From assembly GCA_002269645.1 (NCBI GenBank), contig NIVC01002125.1:1-64000 (forward strand): a stretch of 64,000 nt of DNA. The letters run 5' to 3'. Origin of the DNA: Macrostomum lignano. Its lineage: Eukaryota. Shown here in pieces: positions 26,047 to 40,000 of this stretch. Under the pieces are notes generated by a model, which saw nothing but the letters and a program-made list of their open reading frames with translations, was not told the DNA's origin and did not search any database. Numbering within the stretch: position 1 is the stretch's first letter; every line of letters starts with the position of its first letter. The position numbers and the translations under genes were made by a program.

Positions 26047-28045
26047 GACTCTCAAAAAAAGTTGAGCCGTTTTTTCTGAAATCCATCGCATGCCTACCCA
26101 CATACAGACAACTCATTTTTAGTTCATAGGATTAGCAATGTTTGTTCAATTAAATGACTAACTAAAAAAGTCCCCGCGCGGCCAATAAAATTGATTTTCG
26201 CCCAATCCGCGCGGGAGTTTCGGTCTGGTTTTCGTACGCACACCAACACGCCCTGGGCTCCATAGTGGCCTGAATGGGGAAAAGGCCAAACTGCTACTAA
26301 GACGAAGGAGCAGGATATGGGGGGGATAAAGTGGGACAGAAGAACACAGCTAAGGGGAAGAGAATTTCGGATAGAAAGAACTGGGAGAGACAGAAAAAAG
26401 CAGAGGCTCGCAAGCCAGTGTGCGTGCGCAATGGTGGGTGCGCAATGAAAGCCTGTTTTCGGACATATAATCAGGTCAAAAGTGCCGCCTGGGACTACGC
26501 CGACACCGCCGACTTTTCTCCCTCTCTCCGTCTCTGTCTCCCTCTATCGGACACTTCCATCCTCTCAGATTTGCCGCCTTCAGTTCTCCGTCTCTCAATA
26601 ACTTTCTCTCTAACACTGTGTTTCTTGCTTGAGTTTTAAAGAATCTTTCCTTTTGCTGTAGGCAGAGATAGGGAGAGAGAGAGACAGAAGGCGAGGGAGC
26701 GGCGCGTTGTGCGTCGTTTCACCATTCGAAATTCGAAGTCCAAGCCAATTTTGAGACAGGCTGGAGCCGCTCTCAGCCTGCGTTTTGTTTCTTCGGTTTC
26801 ATTTTTTTATTTAAAAACTTTCTGCTGACCTCTCAGTCAGCCTAGCGGCAGTATCGAGTGCTGGTGAGTTGATTATATTGTGCGAACTTTGCTCTGCTCA
26901 TTATTGAGGCCGGTATGCACTGGTGCAGCATCTGCAGTGGATACGCAATCGGTCCCGAATTCGGTCCACCTGAACTGCTGCGTCATCCTCTGCCCAGGTT
27001 AGAAAATCTTCCTCAGCATCCCCATTCGCCCGGCTGTGAGCGACAAGTTCAGCTGTACACTGAAGTCCTCTCTTGACTACGCCATCGCCAACCTCATGCC
27101 TTCAATACTTGCTAGTCTTCTGCCACCGCCATTGCAGAATAAGGGGGATATTTAAAAGCAGTATCGTGTGGTTTGGGGGGATACAGGGACAGTAGTATCG
27201 TAGTCAAACTAGTAGTAATTGCAATATGTTATAATGCAAAACTACAACTGTCTGGGTCCAGCGAATAATGCTGAGGGTTCGGAAATGTAAAGATTTTCTA
27301 TGAGAGACGGAGATACGAGAGGGTAGGAAGATGGGGCCGCAGCAGCCAGGCAGCTTGCACGCTGATCAATAATCCCCTTACACGGGGAAGATCCTCTCCG
27401 TGCTGGCAGTCCCGCCCCACAGCCACGGCAGTCTGAATCACCGTTCATCGGGTCTCCACCCCCCCCCCCAAATCCCATCTGCGCAGCGCTTTCAGGCTGT
27501 CAAAAGCCCAAAAAAGGTGGGCAGCGAGCGAAGGTGCCGCTTGCTGTTTCCCTCTGCCCATTCTACCCCCGAGGGGGCTGGAATCCGCTCCATCCTTCCT
27601 CCGAAGGGCAATCTGCCTACGAAAGCCAAGGATGTGCTGGGCGAACCCACAGAAAGTCAGCCAATCCAAACAGTTCGCGCTCAGTTAACGGCGCCATGTT
27701 CACCGGGGGCGCAGCCGTTCTGCTTTTAAATTAGTCCAGATGGACAGCCGTCTCCTTTAACTACAACTTCTAGTCCCGTCTCCGCCTTACTCTGCTTTCT
27801 TCCCATTTTGGCAGCCGAGGAGCGACGCTCCCCTTTCACCCCCCCCCCCAATTCTCCCGGACGCGCGTCTTAATTCATCTGTCTTGGAAAGTTTTTGACT
27901 TTTCACGAATCGATTTCACTGATCGAAATCAACTGCGTGCATCCTGCAGCGACGGAGCCACCGAATTCGGGCGGCAATCTTCGCCGCCAGTCACTGCAGC
28001 AGGCAGCGGGGCTTCTAGGGTGCTGTTGAAATACCGGAGACGGCA

Positions 28046-31000
28046 ATGTCTAGCACTCAGCAGCAGCAACAACAGGAGCAGAATGACGAGGCTCCGCAGC
28101 CAACGCCGCTGCAGCAAACTGTTTCGGTAGCGGGCAAAAAGTCCGGCAAGGAGGGCGGCGGCCCGAAAGAGTGCCCGGGATTCGAGTCGCAGACTTGGCG
28201 GAGGAACGTCTGCAAGAATTGCTTCCGGATGAAGTCGCAGCACTCGGCTGGCAGCGCGTCAGGCGTCGGAGTGGCGGGCGGCGGCGGCAGCAGCGGAGCG
28301 CAGACGTCAGCAGCCGAGTCGCCTCCATCGGCTGCCTTTCGGAAACTGTCTGGCGGAGCCTCCGGCGGTGGCGGCAGCGGCGCTTCCGGCTCGCCGAGAT
28401 CGTCGCGGAAGGCCACCGGCCTGGAGCGGACGCCATCAGGCAAGTCGCTGAGCTCTTCGCCGTCTGGGTCGCGGCGGACCACGCCGGAGTCGAAGCGGAA
28501 GGACTATAAAGACGAGAGAGAGGGCGGCAGGAGCTTTGGCTATGAGGGTGAGCTCAGACTCCGCTTTCTCTCGTGTAACATTTTTAAATAAAAACACTAA
28601 ATTTCCTGTTTTCCTGTCGTTCAGGCTCAAGCAGATCCCGTTCAGCAAGCAAGGAGAGCCTCCGCTCCGCCACTGGACGCAGCTACGGCGGAGGCAGCGG
28701 CGCCGGCGGCGGCAGTGGCGCCGGCGGGTCCAGCTTCGACGAGAAGTACGTCGAAGATCTGGAGAACGACCTGTTCGACATGGAAGACAAGTACGAGACG
28801 TTGTGCCGCGAGAAGACCCAGCTGGAGACGCAGATGGAGGAGAGGCTGGGTGACATTGAAGACCTCGAGGCCGAGCTGGAGAGCTGCCGGGCCAAGATTT
28901 CCGGCTTAGAGAAGCGAGTAGCGCAGCTGGAGCAGGAGATCAAGAGCTACCGGGAGCGTCTCAAGCTGCCCGAGTCCGACCAGAGCGGCCACCAGGAGGC
29001 GCCGACAACCACGGCGACCACTTCGGGGCAGGACGCCAGCGAGAGTCGAGCCCAGGAGCTCGAAGATCTCTGCCAAGAGCTCATGGAGGAGAATGACCAG
29101 CTAAAAGAAGAAGTCGAAGAGCTGCAAAAGGAGCTGAGCGAGATGCACGACTCGTTTCAAGACGAGGACAGCCAGGCCAACACTGTGAGAGAGCTTCAGC
29201 GGGAGCTGGACGCGGCCAACAAGAGCTACCGGGTGATCCAGTTCAAGCTACGCAAAGCTGAGCGCCGCTTCGACCAGTGCGAGGCCGAGCGGGCCGACTT
29301 GGAGGACAAGTTCCGGCGGCTCGGCGAGCGGATGCTCTCCGGAGACGAGAGCGTGCAGGCGAGTGGCAGGGCTTGGGGAGCGGGAGTGGCTGAGGAGGGA
29401 GAAATGAGTTTTCTCTGCAGGACTGTGACTGACCTGCAGGACTGTGTGTGCTGTTGTGACTGAGCTAACCCAAATAGACTCGTGTCTACGAGCGTACAAC
29501 CATCTGTCTAGCATCACAAAAGGAGTTTTCCGCGTAAAAAATCGTGACACAAAGTTTCTCGACAAAGTCTGCTTGGCTTTAGTGAACCAGTTCGAGTTTT
29601 TTCAGATGCGGCAGTGCTATCGGAGCTACAAGGGCACGCAATTGCTGATAAGAAGCAGACCCCGGTTCCGTTCTGGATCGTGTGAATTGGCGAATCCAAA
29701 ACAGAAACAAGTGAACTATTCAATATAAAGCTGTAGGACCAGAGACGGTTTCCACGTTCCCAGTTTCCATTATTTTGGGTTTTGGGTTTTGGGTTTAAAA
29801 TAGATTCGTTATGGGGCACCCAAGCCACAGACTTGGGAGTGAAAAACTGCCAGCCACAGGGCAGAGGAGGCCAGCGAAGAGAGGGAACTGTGACAGCTGT
29901 TTGTTGGCCCACGCGGGAGGCCAGATTTCCGACTGGGGGGAGCAAAGTCGGTTTCTCCTCTAATTGATGGAGAGCGAAAGATGCTGAAAGACTGAGAGAG
30001 AGAAATACAGACAGGAAAGAAAAGGTGCCCCCGCTCTCAGAAAGAAGAGGGCGTTCCTTCGTGTGGGCGAATTGTGACAAATTACAGGACCAGATCTTCC
30101 GTCTTGCCGCATGAGATTGGCCAAATTTGTCAAATTTTTCCTCTCGCCCTCCATCTGCTCGCCTGCTTGCGAGACTTTTTTCTGAGCTTTTTCCTTTTCA
30201 CTTGTTTTAGGGAGAGATTTAGCCTTTGTAGCGTCAGGAAATTGCGCTGCAATTTAAACTGGGATGCATCTTTTCTATTGTACTCGTAAAATCTATTACC
30301 AACATCGGAAGTTTTCTTTGATTTTGAAGCAAACTATCCCTAGTCTCTTGTAGGAGACCGTTACTTTTCTATCCTCTATATAGAGAGGAATGGCATTCAT
30401 TTCTAGATATTTAGATCTATGTCGTGTTTTTCTGGGAATCCTAGTCAGAGCCAAAAGAAAATAACCTAAAAACCGGAACCATATCGGTGTGCGTGCCTGC
30501 GAATTGGTGAGCGTGTGTACATATCGGTGAGCATGTGTACATATCGGTGAGCGTGTGTACATATTGGTGAGCGTGTGTACATATCGGTGTGCGTGTGTAC
30601 ATATCGGTGTGCGTGTGTACATATCGGTTTGCGTGTGTACATATAGGTGAGCGTGTGTACCTATCGGTGTGCGTGTGTACATATCGGTGAGCGTGTGTAC
30701 ATATCGGTGAGCGTGTGTACATATCGGTAAGCGTGTGTACATATCGGTGAGCGTGTCTACATATCCGTACATTGCTTGCCTCCTGCTGCAGGGCCCAAGA
30801 ATCTCTGCGAAAACTCAAAACTTAATAATCACCGCCATCGTCTCCCTCGCCCCCTCCGCCAGATTCAAGAGCTCGAGGACGAGCTGCGCATGGCCAAGGA
30901 GGTGTCCGTGCGACTCCACGACGAGCTGGAGTTCATTGAGGAGAAGCGATCCCGGCTGGAGAATGAAAATCAGAAATTGAAATTTGAACTGGAGTCGTCG

Positions 31001-34000
31001 GAGCGGGAGCGAATCCGATTGGAGAACGAGATCGACAGGGCCAGGCTGGAGGTGAGGCTCGTCCTAGGTCACGTGATTGCCTGACAGCCAATCAGAATCG
31101 AGGCAGACCGAACGTGATACGGAGGGCTAGGAGGGTGCAGCTCGCACGTGGGGGGAGGATTTAATAGAAAGTAAAGGACAACTTAATTAATTAATAGTGT
31201 AGCTTTGAATGGCTCACATAGAGTCAGAATGAAATTCACTGCAAGGATATTTTAGGGGTACACTCTCTCTGAATCTGAAACGCGATTTGCACTTGCGACT
31301 ACTGAAGTTTCAAACAGTACACTGAGTAACCTCATAATAGACTAACCTCATTTTTGTTGCTAACGAAGTCATTTCGCATGCTGTAAACTTGCTTATAAAA
31401 CCAAACTTATCTGAAATTCAATTGTGCTCAAGTCCGGTCTGAGAAGCTCTGACTTTGCTCAAAGAGTTGGAATTGCCGAATAGTCGTCCGAAGCACCCTC
31501 GATTCGACTGTTTTTTGGGCTTGCAATTAGCGCCAATGAGGCGCGCAAACTCCAAGGCCAAGAGAGCTGTATTTGCCTGAAGATGAGAATTCGGGGCTGC
31601 TGTACACTCTGTGTGAGTGCGTGCTGAGGGGTCAGCGGGGACCGTAGCCCTGACGTGGGTCTGACGCGGTGCCAGCGGCCCAGGCTCGATTCCAAGTGCA
31701 GTCGCATTAATTTGGGGCTGAATTGGAATCTCGGCTTGGCTCTGCTCGTGCAATTAACGGTCTTGAGGGCCAACCCCCAAGGCGCAGTGAAGTGTACAAT
31801 CGATAAATAAAGTTAGGGGCCGCTGTGCACTCCTGTGTGAGTGTGGGGCTGTGCGTATGACTGACTTTGTACGCATCCGCGCGCTTGTGTGCCTGCTCAG
31901 GGGAGTCGGCGGAATAGGCAGCAATGCCTCTCGCCGGTTGTGTGACAATGTCGCTTAAAGTGCGCCAGGGTGCACACAGCCCTCTTGACTCCAAAAAAAA
32001 ATAAAAGGAGGGTTAAGCTGGCCTTCTGCTGCTTTGATTTGTGACCAAGCCGCCTGTGCACAAACTCAACTTTATTTCAAAATCAAAATACAAAATTTAC
32101 AGCTCGACAAAGTGAGATCGGACGCGGGACTGTCAGACTCCGGGCCTCTCCAGGTGGTGGACAAGTCCAGTCCGAGGGTGAGTCGGATTCGAGCATTTCT
32201 GGCCGGAGAATATTAGGGAAATAATAATTTTTGCTTCGCTGATTCCGCAGCCACGCCTTGGCACGGTGGTGTCGCGCGAGTCCTCAATCGAGGAGGACCA
32301 CCTGAAGCGCGAGCTCACGGCAACCAAGGAGCGCGAGACCGACCTGGTCGAGCAGCTGCGCTTCTCCAAGGAGGAGGCAAAAATTCTCAAACGGAAACTC
32401 GAAGAGGCTGAAGAGGAGAACGAGGGACTCACGGCCAAGCTGCACAAGATTGGCGGCGGCGGCAGCGGCGGGGGCGGTGGAGGCGGAGGCGGCAGCGGTT
32501 CCGGCAGCGGGGGCGGCGCAGGCGAAGGCGGCAGCGGAGGCAGCGGCGGCGGCCGAGGTCGCTACGGCAGCGACGAAAGCGTTGAGGCGGAGCTCGACGA
32601 ACAGCTGGAACGGGAGGCGGCGGGACTGCGGCGCAAGATGGCCGAACTGGAGAGGGAGAATCGCGCGCTGCGGCGGGATGTCAACGAGCTGGAGGGCAGG
32701 CTGGAAGAGGGCGGCGAAGGCCACCAGCCTGCCCATGGCGAGCTCAGACAAAAGGCAGTGTATAAGTACAGTGAGTACTTCTATCTCGCAATCTCGGATA
32801 TAGACGGGATAATTAGGTTTATTCTTACATACAAGAGTACACTTTCAATTGACGATCATTAAAGTACACGTAGACCTAACGAAGACACACGTCACACACT
32901 CATAAAAGTACACGTAGACCTAACAGAGACGCACACATTCATAAAAGTACACGTAGACCTAACGGAGACACACACATTCATAAATAAAAGTACACATACG
33001 CTCGTAAAATGAACTATCATAAAAGTACACGTAGACCTAACGAAGACACACATTCATTAAAGTAAACGTAGACATAACGAAGACACATTTATAAAAGTAC
33101 ACCTACAATGAACTATCATTAAAAGTACACTTAAACCTTACGAAGACATACATAAAAGTACACTTGCACTTTTTATTCCTAGATTTTTACTCCTGTTTGC
33201 TAGCTAACCAACATCAGAAACATCAAAAGCAAAATTCATGAACTCATGCGACTGCAGATTCGCCGGAGGCGCAGAGCCTGCTCTCCGAGATCGACAGGGA
33301 CCTCGAAGACATGAAAACCAAAGTGACAGCCGCTGCACAGCTGGGCGCCGAAGACTTCGCCCTGCAGGAGAAATGGATCGAAGCCAGCGAAGCCAAGAAG
33401 CAGCTCGATCTGAAGGTTATCGAGCTGCGTCGACAAGTCGGTGAACTGGAGGGCGAGAATTCCAGCCTCAAGATGGAGCTGGACAAGCTGGCCGAGAAAA
33501 ATTCCAATTCTCAGGCGCAGAAGAGCTCAGTGAAGAAAAGCATTCAAGAGTTGGAGAATGCCACCAAGGCGGAGCTTATTCGCGAGGTTGGCGACCTCGA
33601 GGACGAAGTTGGTGAGTGCAGCATGTTAGATGTGGCACAGGGGTCGGCAAACTTCTCAAGGGCCAGATGAGAGAGGAGAGTTGAGAGAGGAGAGGAGAGT
33701 TGAGAGAGGAGAGAGAAGAGGGGAGAGACGAGGAGAGAGAGCTAAAAAGAAACATGAACATTGAGCGGTTCAAGTTTGTCGACCCCTGATGTAGTACGAG
33801 ACCAAAGTCCCGGGTTCGATTCTGCGATGGTACATCTACTTCAAGTTCGGGTTGAGGCCATCGACGACCCTAAATTAGCTGGACGCAAAAGTTCGTATCT
33901 TAGAAAATCTTTGCAGGCTGCTTCTTTACCGAAAATAGAAGCTACGATGGGACTGGGAGCTACATTAGTGGATCACCGGTGGGACTGGGAGCTACATTAG

Positions 34001-37000
34001 TAGATCACCGGTGGGACTGGGAGCTACATTAGTAGATCACCGGTGGGACTGGGAGCTACATTAGTGGATCACCGGTGGGACTGGGAGCTACATTAGTGGA
34101 TCACCGGTGGGACTGGGAGCTACATTAGTGGATCACCGGTGGGACTGGGAGCTACATTAGTGGATCACCGGTGGGACTGGCAGCTACATTAGTGGATCAC
34201 CGGTGGGACTGGGAGCTACATTAGTGGATCACCGGTGGGACTGGGAGCTACATTAGTGGATCACCGGTGGGACTGGCAGCTACATTAGTGGATCACCGGT
34301 GGGACTGGCAGCTACATTAGTGGATCACCGGTGGGACTGGCAGCTACATTAGTGGATCACCGGTGGGACTGGCAGCTACATTAGTGGATCACCGGTGGGA
34401 CTGGCAGCTACATTAGTGGATCTCCGGTGGGACTGGCAGCTACATTAGTGGATCACCGGTGGGACTGGCAGCTACATTAGTGGATCACCGGTGGGACTGG
34501 CAGCTACATTATTGGATCACCGGTGGGACTGGGAGCTACATTATTGGATCACCGGTGGGACTGGGAGCTACATTAGTGGATCACCGGTGGGACTGGCAGC
34601 TACATTATTGGATCACCGGTGGGACTGGGAGCTACATTATTGGATCACCGGTGGGACTGGGAGCTACATTAGTGTGACCCAACGCGATTCCGCAGAGGAT
34701 CTTCTGCTCGTCATCAAGAAAAGCGACTCAAACGCGGAGAGCATGCAGGCCAGACTGAAATCGTTAGAGGAGGAGCTTCAAGAGAGCCGGCGCACCTACG
34801 AAGAGGACGAGAGATTCTTCATCGAACAGCTGGAGAAGCTGCAGAAGCAGAATGAATTGTTGGGAGATCTGCTTTCGCTGGTGACCTTACGGCGCAGGTT
34901 TATGTACGAGTACGAAAGGTGAGCACCGAGTTCGAAATGGGAGACCACTTCGAATTGTATCAACCTGAAATTGAAACCTCATCCTCAGAATCTCACCCCT
35001 TAGAATCTTACCCATTGGAATCTCACTCCTCAGAAGCTCAGCCCTCGGAATCTCACTCAAAATCTCACACTACTCAGAATCTCACCCTCAGAATCTCACT
35101 CCTCAGAATTTTACCCTCAGAATCTCACTCCTCAGAATTTTACCCCCAGAATCTCACTCCTCAGAATTTTACCCTCAGAATCTCACTCCTCAGAATTTTA
35201 CCCTCAGAATCTCACTCCTCAGAGTCTCACCCTCAGAATCTCACTCATCAGAATCTCACTCCTTAAAATCCCAACCCTAAAACTCACTCACACCCCTCAA
35301 AATCTCACTCCTCAGAATCTCACCCTCAGAATCTCACCCTTAGAATCTCACCCCATAGAATCTCACCCCTTAGAATCTCACCCCTTGGAATCTCACCCCT
35401 TTTTTTAGAGGCAGGGGGGTTGTGTGCACCCTGGCGCACTTAAGCGACATGGCACACAACCGGCGAGAGGCATTGCTGCCTATTCCGCCGACTCCCCTGA
35501 GCAGGCATACAAGCGCGCGGATACGTACGCAGGCACACACTCACACAGGAGTGTACAGCGGCCCTAACTTTATATTAACGTTAGGCATGTACACTTCACT
35601 GCGCCTTGGGGGGTTGGCTCTCAAGGCCGTTAATTGCACGAGCAGAGCCAAGCCGAGATTCCAATTCAGCCCCAAATTAATGTGACTGCACTAGGAATCG
35701 AGCCTGGGTCGCTGGCACACCAGAGCAGCTGCGCTACCGCTGGGCTACGGCCCCCCTATCTCACCCCTTAGAATCTCACCTCTTAGAATTTCACCCCTCA
35801 AAATCTCACCCTTGGAATCTCACCCCTTTAGAATCTCGCCCTTCAGAATCACACTCCTCAGAATCTCAACCTTGGAATCTCAGTTGCGTTAGAAGCAATG
35901 GGTGAGAGAGAGCAACCAAAGCAAAGCAACCTGTTGACTTTTCATTTCTGCCCCACCCTCATTCCGTCTCCAGCTCAGCTGACTCCAGCAGCAGCGATGG
36001 AGGCAAACCGGCCTTGGCAGCTGCGGACAGCGGAAAGGCGGACAGATCAACTGACAAGGATGAAGTCTTCCCTGCTGGCGGCGAGAAGCAGCTGCAGTCG
36101 GAGGTGCAAGATGTGCACTATTGGGATGTGAGTACCAGCTGATGTGGGTTTACAGCAGATCCTTGTTTACGAGCGAGGGGGGGGGAGAGGGGTCAAAATT
36201 ATTTGTAAAGCTTGGGACTCACAAGGACAGCGGTGGTCTTGCATCTAGGGATCACCGGTGGGACTTGGAGCAACATTATTGGATCACCGATGGGACTGGG
36301 AGCTGGTGCGGGATCACCAGTGATACTGGGAGCTGGTGCGGGATCACCAGTGATACTGGGAGCTGGTGCAGGATCACCAGTGATTCTAGGAGCTAGTGAG
36401 GGATCATCAGTGATACTGGGAGCTAGTGAGGGATCATCAGTGATACTGGGAGCTAGTGAGGGATCATCAGTGATACTGGGAGCTAGTGCGGGATCACCAG
36501 TGATACTGGGAGCTGGTGCGGGATCACCAGTGATACTGGGAGCTGGTGCGGGATCACCAGTGATTCTGGGAGCTAGTGAGGGATCATCAGTGATACTGGG
36601 AGTTAGTGAGGGATCATCAGTGATACTGGGAGCTAGTGAGGGATCATCAGTGACGCTGGGAGCTGGTGCGGGATCACCAGTGATACTGGGAGCTGGTGCT
36701 GGATCACCAGTGATACTGGGAGCTAGTGAGGGATAATCAGTGACGCTGGGAGCTGGTGCGGGATCACCAGCGATACTGGGAGCTGGTGCGGGATCACCAG
36801 TGATACTGGGAGCTGGTGCGGGATCACCAGTGATACTAGGAGCTGGTGCGGGATCGCCAGTGATGCGGGAAGCTACATGTAGATAATCCCAATCAAATGG
36901 GAGCTGAAGGACTCAGTTTGAGCCCATCAAGGAAATGGTGAACAGCAAGAAATCAATCGTGCATCGAGTCCAAACATTCAGCACGAAATAATTCTAGAAC

Positions 37001-40000
37001 AAATTTCGAGAACGACTGCAAAGCCTCGAATCGCTGCTCAAGGAGGAGAGACAGCGAACTCGGCACTATCAGAGACGACTGGAGACCCTGAGCGAGGATC
37101 AGAAACGGGAGGAGAAGGACAACGAGAAGTATCGGGTTATCGTGAGTCTGACTATCTTGCCAAAGTACCCTGGGTCCGATTCCATGCGCAGCACGAAAAT
37201 TATCGCAGGGTTGGTCACGCCCGTGAGGGCCAACCCCCAAAATGAACACAAGGTCGCTGTACACCCTGTGTGAGTGCGTGCCTGCAGAAATGTGCCTGAC
37301 TGCTCGCCTCCTCGCTTCAGCGCCTCTGCAGACCAACTGATCCTTCGACCCCCCTTTACCAACGCAGATCAGCGACAAGGACGCTCAGCTGAAGGAGTGC
37401 CAGACCAAGCTGGACCAGAGCCGCAAGATGTATGAAGCGTTGAAGCTCCTAGTTGACGACTCCGACTCTGGCGAAGCTGCCGGACCGAGTCGAGCCGCGT
37501 CGACGCAGAGCCGCATCGAGGACCGGTCGCGGGCGCTGGACACGCAGCGCAATGAGCTGATGGAGCTGAAGAAACGGCACGACCAGTTGCTGGCCAAGGT
37601 GGCCAAGATGGAGAAGGACAAATCCGCGTCAGACAAGAACTTGCACATCCTCAACGAGGAGCTTCGCCTGCGCGAGGAGCACATATTTGAGCAGGATGAC
37701 ACGATCCGCGGACTGCAGCGCAAGCTTCAAGAGGCTGATAGGGAATTTGAACGGCTGAAAAATGAGCTGCATCTGCTCAAGAGCCAATTTTCGAGTGAGT
37801 GCTGGCGTCCCGAGCTTGGGTTCCCACTTCACAGTGCATGATGCCCTTCTAGATTCCATTAAAAAAGGTTTTCACTTGCATGTTCGAGCCTGAAACACAG
37901 TCATATGACTGACTAGCTGTCTCCGATTCGTGTCGCAGATTTGAAAGAGTGCTACAGTTCAGTCGGGTGAGCAACTGCGGTGGTGGTAAGACTCGTGATA
38001 CACTTAAATGCGAACTCATTTCTCTACTTTAATTGCTTACTATGGTTTATGCAAGCTTTATTTATTTTACACCTGACTTATTTGTGGTCCATGGAACCAA
38101 ACGCCAAAACTTTTATCCTTGTGTCCTCTAGCTATCTCGCGGCAGCTGTCACGTTTCTTTAATTCCTTATCGTCAGTCTTATGATTAGTAGTTGTTTTTT
38201 ATCGCGCGCTCCGTGCACTTTTGCACTGCAGGCGAGCAATTAATTCTGTCGTCTTATTTATACGAGCTAATTGTTTAAAACTGATTCCTCAATTTACTGT
38301 TTTAATGTTGTAACAACCTTGTAACCTTAAATTATGCAGTCAACCGAGAGTTATTTATGAATTAACAGCAAGATTAGGCAGCTGAACAACCACTTAGCAA
38401 CAAGCTTTTCTTAGCAACTGGCCCGCATTCGATTGCAGGCGTGCGGGAGAAGAACACGGAGAGCGCCAGACTAAAGGAGGAGCTGCACCGCAGCATCACC
38501 TCGGCGACGGACAAGGAGCGTCAGCTGGCAGAGCTGCGCGACCAGCTGGCCGAGCGCAAGGCGGAGCTGTCAGAGGCGGACGAGCGCCTTCGCGGCTACC
38601 AGGAGGCGGTGCGCAACCGGGACGACCGGATCCGGGAAAAGGACGAGCTGATCGGCCTAATCAACACCAGGCTGGCCAACCGGGAACGCGAGATCTCCGA
38701 CCTGGACGGAGTTCTGAAGCAAGCCAATCAGAAGCTCACAACAGCCGAGACGGAGCTGACGACGCTTCGTCAGCAGCTGGCGGAGCAGGAGAAGGAGGGC
38801 CGCAGCCTGCGCTGCCAGCTCGAGGAGGCCGAGGCCAGCCGCGACTGGCAGGCGGACGAGGCGGCGCAGCTGCGGCAGCGCAGCGAGCAGGCGGGGCGGA
38901 GCGCCGAGCAGGCCAGGGAGGAGGCGCAGCGGCGTTGCGCGGAGCTGCGCCAAGAGCGAGACGAGGCCAGGCGGGAGCTGGAGTCGGCCAGGCGGGATCT
39001 GACTCTGCTGGCGGGCGGATCGGGCAACAACGGCAGCAGGCAGCGGACGGCCGCGGGGGACAGCGGCTTCCAGTCCGTGAGCTCGCCCGCCAGCCTGTTG
39101 GAGAGGGTAAGCCATTGAGTTCGAATTTCCAGGTGTTTGCGTTCTGCTCACAAAATCTATTTTCCCTGACATACAGGACACAGACACCCCGGTGCCCATG
39201 GATATTCAAGTTCGTCTGAAGCACCTGGAACAGGTGGAGAAGATCTACTTGCAGCTGACGCATCAGCAAATCACGCTGAAGCTGCAGGTTGAGGCCTACC
39301 AGCGCGAGGTTGAAGAATTTCGCGAGCTGTACTACAGCACAAAGGAGCGTCTGAAGAATGACAGAGACTGCTGGGCACGCGAGAAGGACGCCCTGCAGCG
39401 GGCTTTGCACCGGGTTTGTGCCGCGTCTGAGAAGATAACTAGGAGGATATTTACACCTGCAACATAGCCAGTACCTTTTGTAGACAAGCTATATCTGTTT
39501 CTATAGTAGAAAGGGGAGAAGAGGAGCTGCTCAGTGGTGACACTCTGGATTCCTCGGGTTCGCCACATCAATTTAATGGATTCATGCTCTTTAGGTTCAT
39601 TTAGGGCCGGTCCGCAAGGGATAAAGTATCCACATTTCTGACCATATGAGAAATTCAGGTTGAGTGTACCTGCGTCGCACTGATTTGCAACACTGTCAAT
39701 AAAGCCCCCCCCCCCCTGCAGACTAACTGAATTAGTAGGTAGACCCCAGGGTGTATTGATCTAACCAGCCTTTGCTACTCTTGGTAGATATATTAATAAA
39801 GCTCTCGCTCCAATCTCGGCTCCTTCCAGTCTGAGAAGGCCGGCACAAGCAAGGAACCGCAGGCGCAGGAGCTGTACGCGTCGCTTCTTGAACGAGACCG
39901 TAGTCTGGTTCAGCTTCAGCAGCAGCTCTCCAAGCAGACTCTGGACCACGACGAGGAGCTGTCCCGACTGCAGTTGGAGAACCTGGAGCTAAAATCCAAA

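Noticed and set aside
35690-35754. tRNA gene (also at 41945-42020 and 57641-57705)
   Set aside because: A and B boxes are present but there is no complete cloverleaf; each head continues into a SINE body.
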